46,527 nt of DNA from an uncultured Actinomycetes bacterium (GCA_903890345.1 CAITAV010000071.1:1-46527), one strand, 5' to 3'; shown: positions 1 to 10,383, counted from the first letter of the stretch. Program-made: numbers and translations. Notes: generated by a model not told the origin, from the letters alone.

Positions 1-41
1 AAAGCTCTGGCAATATCTGCCGAAGTCAGGGCAACGCTCAT
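1..41 (-). CDS. pyrR: 5' end of bifunctional pyrimidine regulator / uracil phosphoribosyltransferase PyrR (runs off the window edge)
   Basis: Minus strand from ATG at 41 reads MSVALTSADIARA..., matching the PyrR N-terminus (..ADIARALTRI..). Preceded by SD AAGGAG and a PyrR-binding hairpin; lies divergent from bldD, the usual actinobacterial synteny. Confidence 0.85.
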   Translation of the reverse strand, partial: MSVALTSADIARA

Positions 42-46
42 GTAAA

Positions 47-84
47 TCTCCTTCCCCACCTCGCAGGATGGGTCGTTAAAGGAT
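47..84 (-). promoter_or_regulatory. PyrR-binding RNA stem-loop overlapping the pyrR Shine-Dalgarno
   Basis: Minus strand reads UCCUUUAACGACCCAUC-CUGCGA-GGUGGGGAAGGAG: upper stem CCCAUC/GGUGGG with a CUGCGA loop, lower stem UCCUU/AAGGA containing the SD, and a CCUUUAA 5' element as in PyrR binding loops. A -10-like TATTCT lies at 93-98. Confidence 0.85.
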
Positions 85-167
85 GCTGGCGAAGAATAGC
101 ACCAAAAAACCATACCCTGTGGACAGGCAAAGATCGGCGTTTCACTCTTGTCCTACATTGCATACTT

Positions 168-671
168 ATGAGTACATATAAAAACAACACCGCAGGAGCC
201 CATCACTTAGGCCACGCGCTGAGAGAAATGCGACGTACCAGAAATTGGACCTTGGCTGATTTCGAGAAAGCCAGTCACGGTCGTATCAAAGCTGTAGTTC
301 TAGGTTCATATGAACGGGGTTCGCGTTCGGTATCGGTAGATAAATTGCAAGCGATTGCAGAAATCTATGCAGTTCCGATTGGAGCATTTTTTAGTCAGAG
401 TTCAATAGAAAATTCAACTCCAGACGTGCCCAATATTGTTATCGACTTAAGACGGCTCCGAGAAGAAATAACTCTGAACTGGAGTAAAGAACTTTCGATT
501 TTAGATCAATTCTGTTGCGGCATAATCAATTTTCGTCGAGATTGGAATGGTGAAGTGTTATCACTGCGAATAAATGATGTGATTTTCTTAGCAATCATGA
601 GCGAAAATAGCACCAAAAAACTTCTAAAAATATTGGCAAGCACGAAAGTTCTATTCAACTTTAGAGATTGA
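168..671 (+). CDS. bldD: BldD-family transcriptional regulator (XRE HTH plus BldD C-terminal c-di-GMP domain)
   Basis: N-domain GRIKAVVLGSYERGSRSVSV resembles Streptomyces BldD GRWKAVVVGSYERGDRAVTV; C-domain IVIDLRRL...RRDWNGEVLSLRIND resembles LVLDLERL...RGDYNGKVLSIRQDD. Located between pyrR and nusB like Streptomyces bldD. Confidence 0.85.
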   Translation: MSTYKNNTAGAHHLGHALREMRRTRNWTLADFEKASHGRIKAVVLGSYERGSRSVSVDKLQAIAEIYAVPIGAFFSQSSIENSTPDVPNIVIDLRRLREEITLNWSKELSILDQFCCGIINFRRDWNGEVLSLRINDVIFLAIMSENSTKKLLKILASTKVLFNFRD

Positions 672-1083
672 GATCTCCGCGAATCGAAGAAATACGACCC
701 AGAACACCGTGGATATAGCCCGATGATTCCTCTGTAGAGAGCTCTTTGGCCAGTGCCAAGGCTTCATCAATAGCAACAGCATCCGGAACATCTTCTTGCC
801 ACAATATTTCATAGATACCAATGCGAAGTACATTTCGATCTACCGCAGGCAGACGATCCATGTCCCAACCTTGGGCATATGTCGAAATCAATTCATCGAT
901 CTTGCGTTTGTGAGTATCTACGCCTGAAATAAGAATTTTTGTGTATTCCCGAATTGGTCGAGCATCTGGCCCTTCTTCGGCAACATCACGAAGTGCCAAT
1001 AAATCCGTAGATGCTTTGCCACGAATATCAGCTTCGTATAGAAGATCTAGGGACTGCTTGCGGGCTTTACTTCGTGCCGACAC
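661..1083 (-). CDS. nusB: Transcription antitermination factor NusB
   Basis: MSARSKARK..LLYEAD, WDMDRLPAVDRNVLR, AIDEALALAKELSTEESSGYIHGVL; follows efp; GTG start. Confidence 0.97.
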   Translation of the reverse strand: MSARSKARKQSLDLLYEADIRGKASTDLLALRDVAEEGPDARPIREYTKILISGVDTHKRKIDELISTYAQGWDMDRLPAVDRNVLRIGIYEILWQEDVPDAVAIDEALALAKELSTEESSGYIHGVLGRISSIRGDLNL

Positions 1084-1085
1084 TT

Positions 1086-1643
1086 TTAAGCGCGACCTTG
1101 GTATGAACCATCTCTGGTGTCTACTAAAACCTTCTCGTCTTGCTTGATGAAAAGTGGAACTTGAATTTCTATACCTGTTTCAACAGTAGCTGGCTTGGTA
1201 CCACCCGATGATCGATCGCCTTGAATACCTGGTTCAGTGTAAGTAATTGTCAGTTCAACTGACGCGGGTAATTCGATATACAAAGGATTTCCTTCATGAA
1301 CGGCAACTATTGCACCAGTGTTTTCCAACATGTAATTCGCGGCATCACCAACAGTTTGAGCGGAGATATTTGTCTGATCGAATGTCTTGTTATCCATGAA
1401 AACAAAGTCTTCTCCATCTTTATAGAGGAAGTTCATTTCACGTTTTTCAAGTACAGCAACTTCAATTTTAACTCCAGCATTGAAAGTCTTATCAACAACT
1501 TTTCCTGTTAGAACCGACTTCAACTTGGTGCGCACGAATGCTGGGCCTTTGCCCGGCTTCACATGCTGAAACTCAACTACGTTCCATAGTTGACCATCGA
1601 TGTCGAGTGTCATTCCATTCTTAAGATCATTCGTTGATGCCAC
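1086..1643 (-). CDS. efp: Elongation factor P
   Basis: [10 protein letters not shown] (GTG at 1643), [33 protein letters not shown]. Confidence 0.97.
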   Translation of the reverse strand: MASTNDLKNGMTLDIDGQLWNVVEFQHVKPGKGPAFVRTKLKSVLTGKVVDKTFNAGVKIEVAVLEKREMNFLYKDGEDFVFMDNKTFDQTNISAQTVGDAANYMLENTGAIVAVHEGNPLYIELPASVELTITYTEPGIQGDRSSGGTKPATVETGIEIQVPLFIKQDEKVLVDTRDGSYQGRA

Positions 1644-1763
1644 TTGTATAACCACGCTTTTCTTATATCAGGCCATTATGGCCAGGCTATCGATTCCCGA
1701 TAGTCAAGGGTGTAAGGATACCCGTTAAAGCGCTAATGAAATAATTAGCAAAACAAACGCTGC

Positions 1764-2192
1764 CTACAAGAGTGCTTTTAGTGCGCTCATCGCCAGTGCA
1801 TATGAGTTTGGGCCGAATCCACCAATTGTTCCGTTGGCAACTCCTGAAATCACTGAAGTATGTCGAAATTCTTCACGCGCTAATGGATTTGATAGATGAA
1901 CTTCGATTAGTGGAGATTTCACCAATTCAGCCGCATCGCGAATCGCATACGAATAATGCGTAAAGGCAGCAGGATTAATAATTACTGGATAAGAGTTATC
2001 TGCTGCTTCATGTAACCAAGAGATTATTTGCGCTTCATCATCACTCTGCCGCACATCGGCAGTAAAACCATGAGCCGAAGCTGATGATTCAATCAAATTA
2101 ACCAATTGCGGATAACTCAAATCGCCATAGATGGAAGAGTCACGAATATCTAGACGCGAAAGGTTTGGTCCGTTGATTACGAGTACTTTCAT
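1764..2192 (-). CDS. aroQ: Type II 3-dehydroquinate dehydratase
   Basis: INGPNL..R....YG, INPAAFTHYSYAIRDA, EVHLSNPLAREEFRH. Confidence 0.96.
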   Translation of the reverse strand: MKVLVINGPNLSRLDIRDSSIYGDLSYPQLVNLIESSASAHGFTADVRQSDDEAQIISWLHEAADNSYPVIINPAAFTHYSYAIRDAAELVKSPLIEVHLSNPLAREEFRHTSVISGVANGTIGGFGPNSYALAMSALKALL

Positions 2193-3241
2193 CTGGCTAT
2201 TTTCTCATAAGCATCAGCAACTTGTTCAGTACTTAGACCTTCAATTCTCTGTGTCTTACCCACACCTGAGATTCCAACAAATCGAAGAGTGTTTCCCCGA
2301 GATTTCTTGTCAATACTCATAAGCGCCTGTAACTCAGGCAAAGCAGCTTGGTCGTAAGTGGTTGGCAATCCAACTTTCTCTAAAAGTTCAATGTGCTGCT
2401 GGACTATTTTTTCATTTAACCCACAATGGATCTGTGAAAGATGGGCAGCAAAAACCAAGCCGATTGCAACTGCCTCTCCGTGTCGCAATGTGTATTTGCA
2501 GTGACGCTCAACGGCATGCCCAAGTGTGTGACCATAATTTAGAACTTCCCGCGCAAAACTCTCTTTGAAATCAGAGCTGACAACACCTGCTTTGACAGTA
2601 ACTGATTTCTCGATTAATTCATTGAGCAATTCATAATTGTTACGATCACGCTCTAATTCGAAATTCTGCATTAAATCAAGAATTGACTGATCTCCGATAA
2701 ATCCAGTTTTGATAACTTCGGCTAAGCCAGCGGCAATATCACGGCTCGAAAGAGTTTTAAGCCACTTCGAATCGATAATAACCTTACGAGGAGAGTGAAA
2801 TGCCCCAATTAGATTTTTACCATAATCGCTATTTATTCCCGTTTTACCACCTACGGATGCATCGACCATTCCAGCCAATGTTGTTGGTATAGCAATCCAA
2901 TCAATTCCACGTAACCATGTTGCACTTAGGAAGCCAGCCGCGTCTGTAACTGTTCCACCACCGATAGCCACTACGAGATCAGAACGCGTAAACCCAGCGG
3001 CTCCCATCCAATCCCACATCTGTGCAAGTGTCTTGGCTGACTTAGCAGATTCACCATCAGGCAGTGGAAAATAATGCAACTCGTTTTCAACAGATATTTT
3101 CGGAATCAATTCCTTCTGAGATTGCGGATAAAAAATTGCGACACGATCATATTTTGCAATGCTAGATATGAGTTCTGAGAGCCAATCGTTGCCGATTACA
3201 ACATCATATTGATGTTCTGAACTAATTGTGATGATACTCAT
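2189..3241 (-). CDS. aroB: 3-dehydroquinate synthase
   Basis: PDGESAKS, GGGTVTD, PTTLAGMVDASVGGKTGIN, LNYGHTLGHA, LRHGEAV. Confidence 0.97.
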   Translation of the reverse strand: MSIITISSEHQYDVVIGNDWLSELISSIAKYDRVAIFYPQSQKELIPKISVENELHYFPLPDGESAKSAKTLAQMWDWMGAAGFTRSDLVVAIGGGTVTDAAGFLSATWLRGIDWIAIPTTLAGMVDASVGGKTGINSDYGKNLIGAFHSPRKVIIDSKWLKTLSSRDIAAGLAEVIKTGFIGDQSILDLMQNFELERDRNNYELLNELIEKSVTVKAGVVSSDFKESFAREVLNYGHTLGHAVERHCKYTLRHGEAVAIGLVFAAHLSQIHCGLNEKIVQQHIELLEKVGLPTTYDQAALPELQALMSIDKKSRGNTLRFVGISGVGKTQRIEGLSTEQVADAYEKIAR

Positions 3242-3744
3242 GCGAGAAGTGTAACAATCGCAGTGGCGGCTTCGTTTGGTGTTAATTTATCCGTTAACAA
3301 CTGGTGATGGGCTAAAGATTCATAAATAGGTCTGCGAACATTCATGAGTTCTTGCCATTGTGCTCGCGGATTACCCAGAAGTAATGGTCTATCACGATTA
3401 AAACCGACGCGCGGTGCAGCGCCGGCGAGAGTGACATCAAGGAAAACAACTGGCGAACCACTTGCCTTAATTGCTCCTTGTGCAACCGGTGATAACGGCG
3501 CTCCTCCACCCAAACTCAATACACCCGAGTGATCTTCTAATTGCTTAATCAGAACTTGTTCTTCGATCTGGCGAAAATATGGTTCGCCTTTATCTACGAA
3601 TATTTCTCCAATACTCTGTTTTTCTTGTTCAGCAATTACTGTATCCGTATCAACAAATTTTTCACTCAATAATCTTGCTAGAGATTTTCCGACGCTAGAT
3701 TTTCCGGCTCCTGGTGGGCCGATCAATATTACGCGTGGAGGCAT
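3238..3744 (-). CDS. aroK: Shikimate kinase
   Basis: Walker A GPPGAGKS, DTD, GEPYFR, SLGGG, RPLL. Confidence 0.97.
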   Translation of the reverse strand: MPPRVILIGPPGAGKSSVGKSLARLLSEKFVDTDTVIAEQEKQSIGEIFVDKGEPYFRQIEEQVLIKQLEDHSGVLSLGGGAPLSPVAQGAIKASGSPVVFLDVTLAGAAPRVGFNRDRPLLLGNPRAQWQELMNVRRPIYESLAHHQLLTDKLTPNEAATAIVTLLA

Positions 3745-3746
3745 TT

Positions 3747-4928
3747 TTATTTAAAACGTAAGTTTTCCATATAGGACAAATAATTGCGACGAGTTTCAGA
3801 AACGCTATCTCCCCCGAATTTTTCGAGAACCGCTTGCGCCAAAACAAGTGCAGCCATTGCCTCTGCAACAACTCCTGATGCCGGAACAGCACACACATCA
3901 GAACGTTGATTAATTGCCTTTGCTGCTTCTCCAGTGGCTACATCAATTGTGTCTAACGCCTTAGGAACTGTGGAAATCGGTTTCATCGCAATGCTAATTC
4001 GCAATATTTCACCATTAGACATTCCGCCTTCGGTGCCACCGGCTCGATCGGTTCTGCGCACAATTTTTCCTGAAGTATTTTTCTCAATTTCATCATGCGC
4101 AGATGATCCTCTTCGTGTGGCCGTAAGAAATCCATCTCCAATTTCGACACCTTTAATTGCTTGAATACCCATCATGGCACCAGCTAATCGCGCATCTAAA
4201 CGACGATCCCAATGCACATGCGAACCAAGCCCTGGTGGAACATCAAAGACCAAAACTTCGCACACTCCTCCGAGAGTGTCCCCATCTGAATGCGCTTTTT
4301 CTATTTCATTGATAATAAGCGCACTTGTTTTTGCATCGGCACATCTAACTGGATCTGCATCAATCTTTTCTTGATCATTCTTTCCTGGCAAAGGGGCATC
4401 CTCAGCAACACGTACGCCACCAATTGAAATCACATGGCTAAAAAGTGTGATGCCAACACTTTGTTCTAGGAATGCGCGAGCAATTGCACCCAGTGCAACA
4501 CGTGCGGCAGTTTCTCGCGCACTGGCACGTTCTAAAATCGGACGGGCGTCCGTGAAATCATATTTTTGCATTCCGACCATGTCAGCATGGCCTGGGCGAG
4601 GTCTGGTCAGTGGTGCATTGCGCGCCAAACCTTCTAATTCAGAATCGTCAATTGGATCAGCAGACATTACTTTTTCCCACTTGGGCCACTCAGAGTTACC
4701 AACTTCTATTGCAATTGGTCCACCTTGGGAAATTCCTAAACGAATTCCACCCTTTATTGTGATTTTATCCGCTTCAAAATTTTGTCTGGCTCCACGTCCA
4801 ACACCAAGTCTGCGACGTGCTAAATCTTTATCGATATCTTTCGTAGTAATTTTTATATGCGCAGGAAGCCCTTCGACAATAGCCGTCAGGGCCGGTCCAT
4901 GTGATTCGCCTGCAGTTAACCAACGCAT
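3747..4928 (-). CDS. aroC: Chorismate synthase
   Basis: Start at 4928 gives [11 protein letters not shown]; [41 protein letters not shown]. Confidence 0.97.
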   Translation of the reverse strand: MRWLTAGESHGPALTAIVEGLPAHIKITTKDIDKDLARRRLGVGRGARQNFEADKITIKGGIRLGISQGGPIAIEVGNSEWPKWEKVMSADPIDDSELEGLARNAPLTRPRPGHADMVGMQKYDFTDARPILERASARETAARVALGAIARAFLEQSVGITLFSHVISIGGVRVAEDAPLPGKNDQEKIDADPVRCADAKTSALIINEIEKAHSDGDTLGGVCEVLVFDVPPGLGSHVHWDRRLDARLAGAMMGIQAIKGVEIGDGFLTATRRGSSAHDEIEKNTSGKIVRRTDRAGGTEGGMSNGEILRISIAMKPISTVPKALDTIDVATGEAAKAINQRSDVCAVPASGVVAEAMAALVLAQAVLEKFGGDSVSETRRNYLSYMENLRFK

Positions 4929-4932
4929 TGTC

Positions 4933-5397
4933 CTATTGTGGCAGAAGAAGACCAATCGGGGCGTACAAATAAAGCCCACTGGCAAGAAAGATATCTGGGG
5001 CCATCGCAATTCGATATGGAAATTTACGACAGATTAATAAATGCAGGCAGATATGTGCCACTAGAGCCAACCACAACGAAACAAAGAAGATTTCCACTGA
5101 CCTCAGCCCCGAATCAAAGTAAGCAAAGGCCAACACACCTATGAGTTTTACATCGCCGAACCCGATGCCCCCAGATTTATGCAGTGCATTGCTCAATAGA
5201 TATAGCACGGTGAAGATCGTAAAGAAACACGCACCGGCGACTGGATTTACATGTGCATTCTGTGAAAGCACCGAAAAAGCAATTAGAGAACCTAGAAAAT
5301 ATAGAAGTGTGCGATTGCGGATCTTATGAGTTACTAAATCTTTAATGGAGATGACTAAAACAAAATAACCCACCAAAACCATCTGTAAGAATTCCAC
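4933..5397 (-). CDS. A24-family prepilin peptidase (short, no methylase domain)
   Basis: Hydrophobic protein with KD..H.I.N (first Asp) and GIGFGDVKL (GxGD second Asp). Sits between aroE and aroC as in other actinobacteria; GTG start at 5397. Confidence 0.8.
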   Translation of the reverse strand: MEFLQMVLVGYFVLVISIKDLVTHKIRNRTLLYFLGSLIAFSVLSQNAHVNPVAGACFFTIFTVLYLLSNALHKSGGIGFGDVKLIGVLAFAYFDSGLRSVEIFFVSLWLALVAHICLHLLICRKFPYRIAMAPDIFLASGLYLYAPIGLLLPQ

Positions 5398-5437
5398 ATT
5401 TTAAGCGTAATGTGCTTGCTACTTCTGAAAAGGGCAG

Positions 5438-5446
5438 TGTGGATAA
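5438..5446 (-). promoter_or_regulatory. Perfect DnaA-box-type 9-mer TTATCCACA
   Basis: + strand TGTGGATAA at 5438-5446 in the 50-bp aroE/prepilin peptidase spacer; single copy, function unproven. Confidence 0.35.
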
Positions 5447-5447
5447 C

Positions 5448-6251
5448 TTATTTAGAGGCTAGTTCTCGCTTCAAAAACACAGAGAGCTCTTGCTGGTCGA
5501 AATCTATTCCTGAAAACAACTTAATCTGCTCAATTCCTTGTGCGATTAGTAAATCCAATCCACTTATCACCGTAGAGCCAGACTTGGTCCAAGCATTAGC
5601 AAATCGTGTTGGCCATGGGTTGTAAATAACATCAAAAAAAGTTCCCTTTGGTTTATAGGATATTTCTTCTGCAAATGAATCTAGAACTGCCTTGGGAGTC
5701 GTGTTAATAATTAAATCTGATTCATAAAAATCGTTGGAAAATTGCCACGGCAGAAACTTTATGCTGCTGAGATTCACAGATGCTCGCATGGACCTTTCGC
5801 GTTCAGTATTTCTGTGAATCACAGATATTGCGGTATCTGTGTCATCAAAAGCGGCTGCAGCAGCGCGCGCTGTAGCACCTGATCCCACAATAAGAACCGA
5901 CTTTGGCTTGCTTGGATTCTGATAACCCCATGCGCTTTGAAATCCACGAACATCAGTTGAATGCAAACTCCATAAGTCGCCTTGTCTGACCAGAGTGTTA
6001 CCAGATTGGATTCTTTGCACCAATGGATCAATAACTTCAGCAACTGAAAGTACTTCTTCTTTAAGAGGCATTGTGAGTGAAAACCCAGTCCAGCCACTTG
6101 CTTTATCTTTTAAGAAATCTCGTAACGATCCTGCAGGAACATCAAATGATCCATAGTTTCCAGAAATATCAAGGTGCTTATACGCGCTCATATGCAGTTG
6201 AGGAGAAAGTGAGTGGGAAATTGGAGAACCCAGAACAGCGGCATTGATCAT
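5448..6251 (-). CDS. aroE: Shikimate dehydrogenase
   Basis: LGSPISHSLSP, SLTMPLKE, NTL, TD, GSGATARA, DVIYNPWPT, GLDLLIAQG. Confidence 0.96.
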   Translation of the reverse strand: MINAAVLGSPISHSLSPQLHMSAYKHLDISGNYGSFDVPAGSLRDFLKDKASGWTGFSLTMPLKEEVLSVAEVIDPLVQRIQSGNTLVRQGDLWSLHSTDVRGFQSAWGYQNPSKPKSVLIVGSGATARAAAAAFDDTDTAISVIHRNTERERSMRASVNLSSIKFLPWQFSNDFYESDLIINTTPKAVLDSFAEEISYKPKGTFFDVIYNPWPTRFANAWTKSGSTVISGLDLLIAQGIEQIKLFSGIDFDQQELSVFLKRELASK

Positions 6252-7270
6252 TTAAATGCACCTGCCTTCCGATTCTTCGTATACAAAACTTTCCATTGAT
6301 TGAACTCGGAGATATCTGCCGTGAATCTGGTATCTCCCGGGCTAACTGTAATGAAGTAAAGCCACTTGCCGTCGGCAGGATTTATGGCAGCTTTGATCGC
6401 GTCCAACCCTGGGTTTCCGATAGGAGCGGGAGGTAATCCGTATTTTCGATAGGTATTAAATGGTGATTTAAGCAGAGTGGATTGCGTACTCAGAAACACA
6501 CTGCCCCGAACTTTTTTCACATAATGCACTGTTGAATCCATCTGCAGTGGCATTCCAATGCGCAATCTATTTCGTATAACTTGCGAAATTTTTGAAAAAT
6601 CCTTGATATCACCCTCTGCTTGAATAATTGAAGCGATAGTAATTAACTCTTGGGCTTTTAACTTAGGATCATTTGAAAGACCTAGATTTGCAACTTGTAG
6701 TGTGAATCGATTAACCATCGCTTCTAGTGCCTGCTTTGCAGTAGTTTCTTTCGTGAAACTATATTGAGCTGGATAAAGAACTCCTTCAAGGGATGTGAAC
6801 CCTTGAGGCAATTGCACTTCCTTGGCTGCCTTTAAAATATCTGACTGTTCAAAACCATTTTGCTCTAAAGCTTTGAATATTTCAGTATTCCATCCACCTT
6901 CAAAAATCTTTATCAAGTTTGGGATTCTAGTGGGATCTAGCAATTGTTCAAGGGCTTGCTCAGCCGCGATCTTGCTGTTGAGTTGGTGGATGCCTGGTGC
7001 AATTCTTGCGGCACGCGCATCAGACACAGCAACTTTGAAGAAACTTTGTGATGACTCAATAATTCCCCGTTTGAAGAGTTGTGCAGCTATTTCTGATCCA
7101 GTAGAGCCCTCATCAACATGCACATCAACCAGCTTTTCAGAACTAGCCAATTGGCGAATTGGGAAATCTGCCGTGCTAGAGCCTGTAGAACGAAATTGAT
7201 GAATAGTAAATGTAAGAATTGCTACGATAAAAAATGCAATAACGACTCTTAATAATTCACTCTTTTTCAT
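6248..7270 (-). CDS. mltG: Endolytic transglycosylase MltG
   Basis: N-terminal TM helix, LEGVLYPAQY, ASIIQAE (catalytic Glu), NRL...MPLQMDST, SPFNTY...GLPPAPIGNPG, LYFITV. Confidence 0.95.
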   Translation of the reverse strand: MKKSELLRVVIAFFIVAILTFTIHQFRSTGSSTADFPIRQLASSEKLVDVHVDEGSTGSEIAAQLFKRGIIESSQSFFKVAVSDARAARIAPGIHQLNSKIAAEQALEQLLDPTRIPNLIKIFEGGWNTEIFKALEQNGFEQSDILKAAKEVQLPQGFTSLEGVLYPAQYSFTKETTAKQALEAMVNRFTLQVANLGLSNDPKLKAQELITIASIIQAEGDIKDFSKISQVIRNRLRIGMPLQMDSTVHYVKKVRGSVFLSTQSTLLKSPFNTYRKYGLPPAPIGNPGLDAIKAAINPADGKWLYFITVSPGDTRFTADISEFNQWKVLYTKNRKAGAFK

Positions 7271-7697
7271 TAAGGCTAATTCTTTTTTCGATAGCGATTG
7301 CTTGTTCTAAAATCGCTACTGCTGCGGCTTGATCAATTGCAGATTTACTATCGCGAGAACTCATTCCTGAATCTTTGAGTTGTTTTGCCGCGCTTACAGT
7401 TGAGAGTCTCTCATCAATCATTGAGCAAACGACATTAGTTCGGGCGGCGATTTCTTCTTTGAATTCTTCGGCTTTCTGCATTGACGTGCTGGATTCACCA
7501 GAAAGATGTCGTGGGGATCCAACGTAAATATGTATTGGTTCATACTCAGCAACAAGTGCCATTATCTGTTCCCAGAGATCAATATCTTTACTCTTCAAAG
7601 TTGTTACTGGAGTTGCAAGAATCGCATCTGGATCGCACACTGCTACGCCGATACGTACGTCTCCATAATCAAAGGCCATTCGTCGCCCTCGAAGCAT
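7257..7697 (-). CDS. ruvX: RuvX/YqgF resolvase-like nuclease
   Basis: Start at 7697: MLRGRRMAFDYGDVRIGVA, DERLSTVSA, IDQAAAVAILE; lies between alaS and mltG. Confidence 0.95.
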   Translation of the reverse strand: MLRGRRMAFDYGDVRIGVAVCDPDAILATPVTTLKSKDIDLWEQIMALVAEYEPIHIYVGSPRHLSGESSTSMQKAEEFKEEIAARTNVVCSMIDERLSTVSAAKQLKDSGMSSRDSKSAIDQAAAVAILEQAIAIEKRISLNEKE

Positions 7698-7698
7698 C

Positions 7699-10374
7699 TT
7701 ATTTTCCAGAAATAGCGTGTTCGATAGTTGAAAGTGCTTCATTAATTTTTGAAACATCAACGCCGCCGCCTTGCGCAAAATCATCTTTTCCACCGCCGCC
7801 GCCACCTAACACGGCTGAACCTATCTTCACCAGAGCACCCGCCTTTATGCCTGCTGCGCGCGCTTCATCGCTGGTAGCAACAACTAAAATAGGTTTTGAA
7901 TCGGTAACGCTGATGAGGACAACAACGCTCTTAGGTGTTTTGCTCCGTAAATCCAAAGCGATAGTTCGTAAATTCTCACTATTTATTCCATCGGAAATTT
8001 GGGCCGAAATCAAAGCTATCGAACCAATATCCTTTTTGGTTTTCAATAACTCAGAACTCTTGGCCAAGGCAGCATCTGTTCGTAATGTGGCTAATTCTTT
8101 CTCAATATCTTTCATCTTGGTGATCAAATCAGATACGCGTTCTGGCAACTCTTCAGTTCGAGCACCTTTGATAATTTCAGTAAGAGAGCTAAGCAACACA
8201 TGTTCACGCGCTAAGAATTTATACGCATCTACACCAACTAGGGCTTCGACTCTTCGCACACCTGCGCCAATGGAAGATTCGCTCAATAACTTAACTAACC
8301 CGAGTTGGCCAGAACGAGCAACGTGGGTGCCACCACATAATTCTCTAGCCCAATCTCCTACGCTCACAACGCGCACTTGATCGCCATATTTTTCGCCAAA
8401 GAGAGCCATCGCTCCTAGTTTTTTCGCGTCCGCTTGGCTCATTACTTCGGCACTCACTTCAAGATTATCTAGGAGCAGAGTATTTACACGTGACTCAACA
8501 TCATTTAACACTGAATCAGGAACCGCTCCTGTTGCTGGAAAATCAAATCGAAAACGTCCAGGTGAGTTTTCAGAACCTGCTTGTGTAGCAGTCTCTCCAA
8601 GAATTTCTCTAAATGCTTTATGAACCATATGCGTTGCTGTATGAGCACGTGAAATTGCACTGCGTCGCTCAATATCAATCTGCGCTAATGCTTGTGCTCC
8701 ACTTTCGATGGAACCGCTTCGAACTCGTCCACGGTGCACACTGATTCCAGGAACAGGAGTCTGTACATCATCGATTTCAATGACCGCCCCATTTGCCAGA
8801 GTGATTAATCCACCATCAGCTAACTGGCCACCACCTTCTGCGTAAAAAGGTGTTCGATCCAAAATTACTTCTATTTCATCGCCAGATTTAGCAGACTGGA
8901 CCGCAACACCGTCATTAACTAACGCTTTAATTACTGATTCACTCTCAAGATGTGTGTACCCAACGAAGGAAGTTAGACCATGAGAATCCGCGATTGAGCG
9001 ATAGACGCTGACATCTGTGTGACCACTCTTCTTAGCTTTAGAGTCCGCCTTTGCGCGATCTCGTTGCTCTTTCATTAAGCGGCGAAAACCATCTTCGTCA
9101 ACCTCAAGTCCTTCTTCGCGAGCCATTTCAAGTGTGAGATCAAATGGGAAACCATAAGTGTCATGCAACTTAAATGCAGCATCGCCAGATAACTTGCTGC
9201 CTTTGCCCTTCTTTATTGATGCGCTTTCGACTTCAAAAATAGTTGTACCGCTCTTTAAAGTTTGCAAGAAAGTATCTTCTTCAGCCTGCGTTACAGCCAA
9301 AATTCGTTCACTCTCTGTCTTAAGTTCTGGATACTGTGGAGACATAGCTCCTATTGCAGCTTTTGTTAATTCGTTCATGATCAAATCATCTGAGCCCAGC
9401 AAGCGCATGTTACGAATTGTGCGACGCATCATTCGGCGCAATACATAGCCTCGGCCCTCATTGCCAGGAGTAACACCATCGCCAATGAGCATCGCCGAGG
9501 TACGTGCGTGGTCGGCAACTACGCGTAATGCGACATCTGATTTTTCATTCTTTCCATATTTAACACCAGTAAGTTCGGAAGCGCGATTGAGAATCTGTGC
9601 GGTTGTATCGATTTCATAAATATTTTCAACGCCTTGCAAGAGCGCAGCCATTCTCTCTAGACCAAGACCTGTATCAATACTCTTTGCAGGTAACTCGCCA
9701 AGAATTGGAAAATCATCTTTACCCGAACCAGCACCGCGTTCATTTTGCATGAAAACTAAATTCCATACTTCCATATACCGATTTTCATCAGCAATCGGTC
9801 CACCTTCACTGCCGTAATCGGGACCACGGTCATAATAGATTTCAGAACATGGACCACATGGTCCGGGAACACCCATTGACCAGAAATTATCTTCCATGCC
9901 TCTGCGCTGAATTCGATCTAACGGCAAACCAATTTTCTTATTCCAAATTTGTACTGCTTCGTCATCATTGTGAAAGACGGTTACCCATAATTTAGATTCG
10001 GCAAAACCATAGCCACCTTCAGAAATTGGACGGGTGAGCAAATCCCATGCCAATGCAATTGCGCCCTCTTTGAAATAATCACCAAAAGAAAAATTGCCAC
10101 ACATTTGGAAAAATGATGCATGGCGAGTTGTTTTGCCCACTTCGTCTATATCAAGGGTTCGAACACATTTTTGTACCGATGTTGCTCTTTTATAGGGTGG
10201 AGTTACTTCCCCGAGAAAAAAAGGCTTGAAAGGAACCATTCCTGCATTTACTAATAATAAGTTTGGATCATCAGCAATCAGTGAAGCCGAAGGGACAACC
10301 GTGTGAAGTAAACCTTCGCGGTTATCTGATTCGAAGAAGCGCAGCCAGCGCGAACGGATTTCGGCGGATTCCAC
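7699..10374 (-). CDS. alaS: Alanine--tRNA ligase
   Basis: [59 protein letters not shown]-terminus. Confidence 0.98.
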   Translation of the reverse strand: MESAEIRSRWLRFFESDNREGLLHTVVPSASLIADDPNLLLVNAGMVPFKPFFLGEVTPPYKRATSVQKCVRTLDIDEVGKTTRHASFFQMCGNFSFGDYFKEGAIALAWDLLTRPISEGGYGFAESKLWVTVFHNDDEAVQIWNKKIGLPLDRIQRRGMEDNFWSMGVPGPCGPCSEIYYDRGPDYGSEGGPIADENRYMEVWNLVFMQNERGAGSGKDDFPILGELPAKSIDTGLGLERMAALLQGVENIYEIDTTAQILNRASELTGVKYGKNEKSDVALRVVADHARTSAMLIGDGVTPGNEGRGYVLRRMMRRTIRNMRLLGSDDLIMNELTKAAIGAMSPQYPELKTESERILAVTQAEEDTFLQTLKSGTTIFEVESASIKKGKGSKLSGDAAFKLHDTYGFPFDLTLEMAREEGLEVDEDGFRRLMKEQRDRAKADSKAKKSGHTDVSVYRSIADSHGLTSFVGYTHLESESVIKALVNDGVAVQSAKSGDEIEVILDRTPFYAEGGGQLADGGLITLANGAVIEIDDVQTPVPGISVHRGRVRSGSIESGAQALAQIDIERRSAISRAHTATHMVHKAFREILGETATQAGSENSPGRFRFDFPATGAVPDSVLNDVESRVNTLLLDNLEVSAEVMSQADAKKLGAMALFGEKYGDQVRVVSVGDWARELCGGTHVARSGQLGLVKLLSESSIGAGVRRVEALVGVDAYKFLAREHVLLSSLTEIIKGARTEELPERVSDLITKMKDIEKELATLRTDAALAKSSELLKTKKDIGSIALISAQISDGINSENLRTIALDLRSKTPKSVVVLISVTDSKPILVVATSDEARAAGIKAGALVKIGSAVLGGGGGGKDDFAQGGGVDVSKINEALSTIEHAISGK

Positions 10375-10383
10375 GTGGGCAGA

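Noticed and set aside
140-175. Possible BldD autoregulatory box (TCACTC half-site; TACTTATGAGTA imperfect palindrome)
   Set aside because: Only one half matches the TnACnCWGnGTnA consensus; too weak to call.
1671-1683. Palindrome GGCCAT-T-ATGGCC upstream of efp
   Set aside because: Short single inverted repeat with a 1-nt spacer; compatible with chance and has no U-tract.
4929-5009. N-terminal extensions in the ORF track for aroC (also efp, ruvX, ruvA, DUF3048, pgsA, ctaE, qcrB)
   Set aside because: The extensions overlap neighbouring genes or promoters and lack family similarity; downstream starts match the known N-termini.
5438-5446. Replication origin suggested by a DnaA box
   Set aside because: Single box in a 50-bp spacer; no box cluster, AT-rich unwinding element or dnaA/dnaN nearby.
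7481-8380. 299-aa plus-strand ORF opposite alaS, and the many other antisense ORFs (e.g. 4447-5037, 33140-33565, 45991-46425)
   Set aside because: They lie opposite well-conserved housekeeping genes and have no recognisable motifs; typical antisense shadow frames.
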